Below the pieces are notes generated by a model. It worked only from the letters and a program-made list of their open reading frames with translations, was not told where the DNA came from and made no database searches. DNA of 64,000 nt from the human T2T-CHM13v2.0 reference genome, Homo sapiens. The position numbers and the translations under genes are program-made. Positions 62,456 to 64,000 of this stretch are shown here, in pieces; the first letter of the stretch is position 1; every line of letters begins with the position of its first letter. The stretch lies in assembly GCF_009914755.1 (NCBI RefSeq), contig NC_060932.1. One strand, given 5' to 3'.

Positions 62456-63274
62456 CTCCCCAGGCTTAAAGCAAAACCTCCATCTTGTCTGTCTCCACTC
62501 TCATCCCAGGCAATCGCGGTCATTTCCACAGCCTCAACCACTGTCTACCTGGGATGCCTCCCAAGCCCGGGTCGCCAGCCCAAACCTGCCTTCCTAGCCC
62601 CAGACCCATCTGTCCTGGCACACATTGCCCCCTGGGTCCCAACAACCTCAGCCAATGAGACCAATGCCAACTTCCTGTCCTTGCCTGACACTGTCAGCCC
62701 TGAGATCAGACTTGACCATTCACCTCCAGTACCTGATAGGTCCGTCAGTCTTTGGAACACATCCCACGAACATTCCCCAAACCAGGCACCGGACTCCACA
62801 CATCAACACCGTCACGTGAGTCACCAGCATCCCTGGCAGGGACCCCTGTCCCAGCCTCCAACTCATCTCCTTCCTGTCCCTTGAGTTCTGTGTCACATTC
62901 CAGAGGCCACAAGAAGAAAAATGACCACCTTAATGAAATTAAAAGAATTGAGAAGACATTTCTCTATGGTCCAAAATCTTTCCAACTAAGAAACACATAT
63001 CAAGATCCAGCCTGCTGGCCCTGTGGTTAAATGTTCCTGAAATAATTAAAGCCCAGGGCAACACAGCCCCCACTCCACAAGAACTCCCAGCACAGTAAGA
63101 CTTGCTTCTCTACAGGGGCGTGAAATGTCCAGTGTGTACCCTGCCCCTCTCTGTCATAGCTAACAGGAATGTGCTCCGTGTCTTCTTCCTGCTCAAAGGA
63201 CCGTCCACCAACCTGCGCAGGCAGCACTTTCGGCAAGGGGAGGATGGGAGAACATCCTACCATTTCCCACTTAC

Positions 63275-63420
63275 GCACTGCATTCATCAGGAGCCTGCCT
63301 CACAAATTACAAGAGCGCTACGGCAGACCCACGACGTTCCAGCGGATGGCCATGTCTTCATGTCAACTTGAAAGATCATTGCCAGGGAAATATCTATATC
63401 TCGGCAGAGAGAGCTTCAGC
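63275..63420 (-). other. Candidate non-coding exon
   Basis: Non-repeat, relatively CpG-retaining segment bounded on the minus strand by acceptor ..ctacacag| and donor |gtaagt. No transcript evidence available. Confidence 0.35.
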
Positions 63421-63794
63421 CTGTGTAGTCCAGCTGTGCTCAAATGGAAATCAAAAAAACCAGATGTTGGTCAAAACACCCTGTCTCAGGGAGCTGGCTC
63501 TGCAGGTCCCCAGTGTGAGAGTGAACTGGGTGGGCCACCTGACCTGCCTACCCACATCCCGGCCTCCTGGAATCCTGAACCCTGAGAACCAGGGGGATGT
63601 GGTGGGGAGCAGGCAAGTCTTGTGCAGAAAGCCAAGATGCCACCCAAATCCACTCTGCAGTCTAGGTGAGCGATATTCTGGTCTGCACCACACCAGTGCA
63701 CGAGGGGATGGAGGATGGAGTCTAGACAAGCCAAATGTAAAAAGATATTGTCCACGTATTTTGTGCTTTGTCTGTGTTACAATGCGATGACAAG

Positions 63795-64000
63795 CCCAGT
63801 GTGCTGGCTCACACCTGTGATCTCAGCAACTTGGGAGGCCGAGGCAGGCGGATCACCTGAGGTTAGAAGTTTGAGATCAGCCTGCCCAACATGGTGAAAC
63901 CCCATCTCTACTAAAAATACAAAAATTAGCCAGGTGTGGTGGTGGGCACCTGTAATCCCAGCTACTCTGGAGGCTGAGGCAGGAGAATCACTTGAGCCCA
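63795..64000 (+). mobile_element. Alu (runs off the right edge)
   Basis: Sense Alu left arm, linker and part of the right arm. Confidence 0.9.

Overview
Human/great-ape genomic DNA made up mostly of interspersed repeats. I found no intact protein-coding gene, RNA gene or CRISPR array. Contents: (1) a heavily deleted HERV-K11/HML-8 provirus on the minus strand with its MER11 5' LTR (1-4860); (2) processed pseudogenes of SNRPC, RPS3A and RPS24; (3) an old L1M element (~18.9-31.4 kb) that hosts a complete THE1 retrotransposon, an L1PB, several Alus and an ~880-bp alternating purine-pyrimidine satellite; (4) a 3' remnant of a HERV-K(HML-2) provirus with an LTR5A-type LTR (31.8-33.7 kb); (5) about 40 Alus plus MLT, MER, MIR, L2 and MADE1 elements. 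This combination resembles the OR7E/FAM86/ALG1L-associated segmental-duplication family, which is an inference from recalled knowledge and was not searched. I do not see a new biological system. The most notable observations are structural: two short locally templated insertions, three 5'-inverted L1s, a triple-nested AluJ>AluS>RPS3A insertion, an in-frame capsid-dUTPase-RT fusion made by deletions, a HML-2 env replaced by foreign GA-rich DNA while the Np9 exon frame stays open, and a 17-bp minisatellite arising inside an Alu. Coordinates were read by eye and repeat boundaries are approximate. Subfamily names come from recalled consensus sequences.
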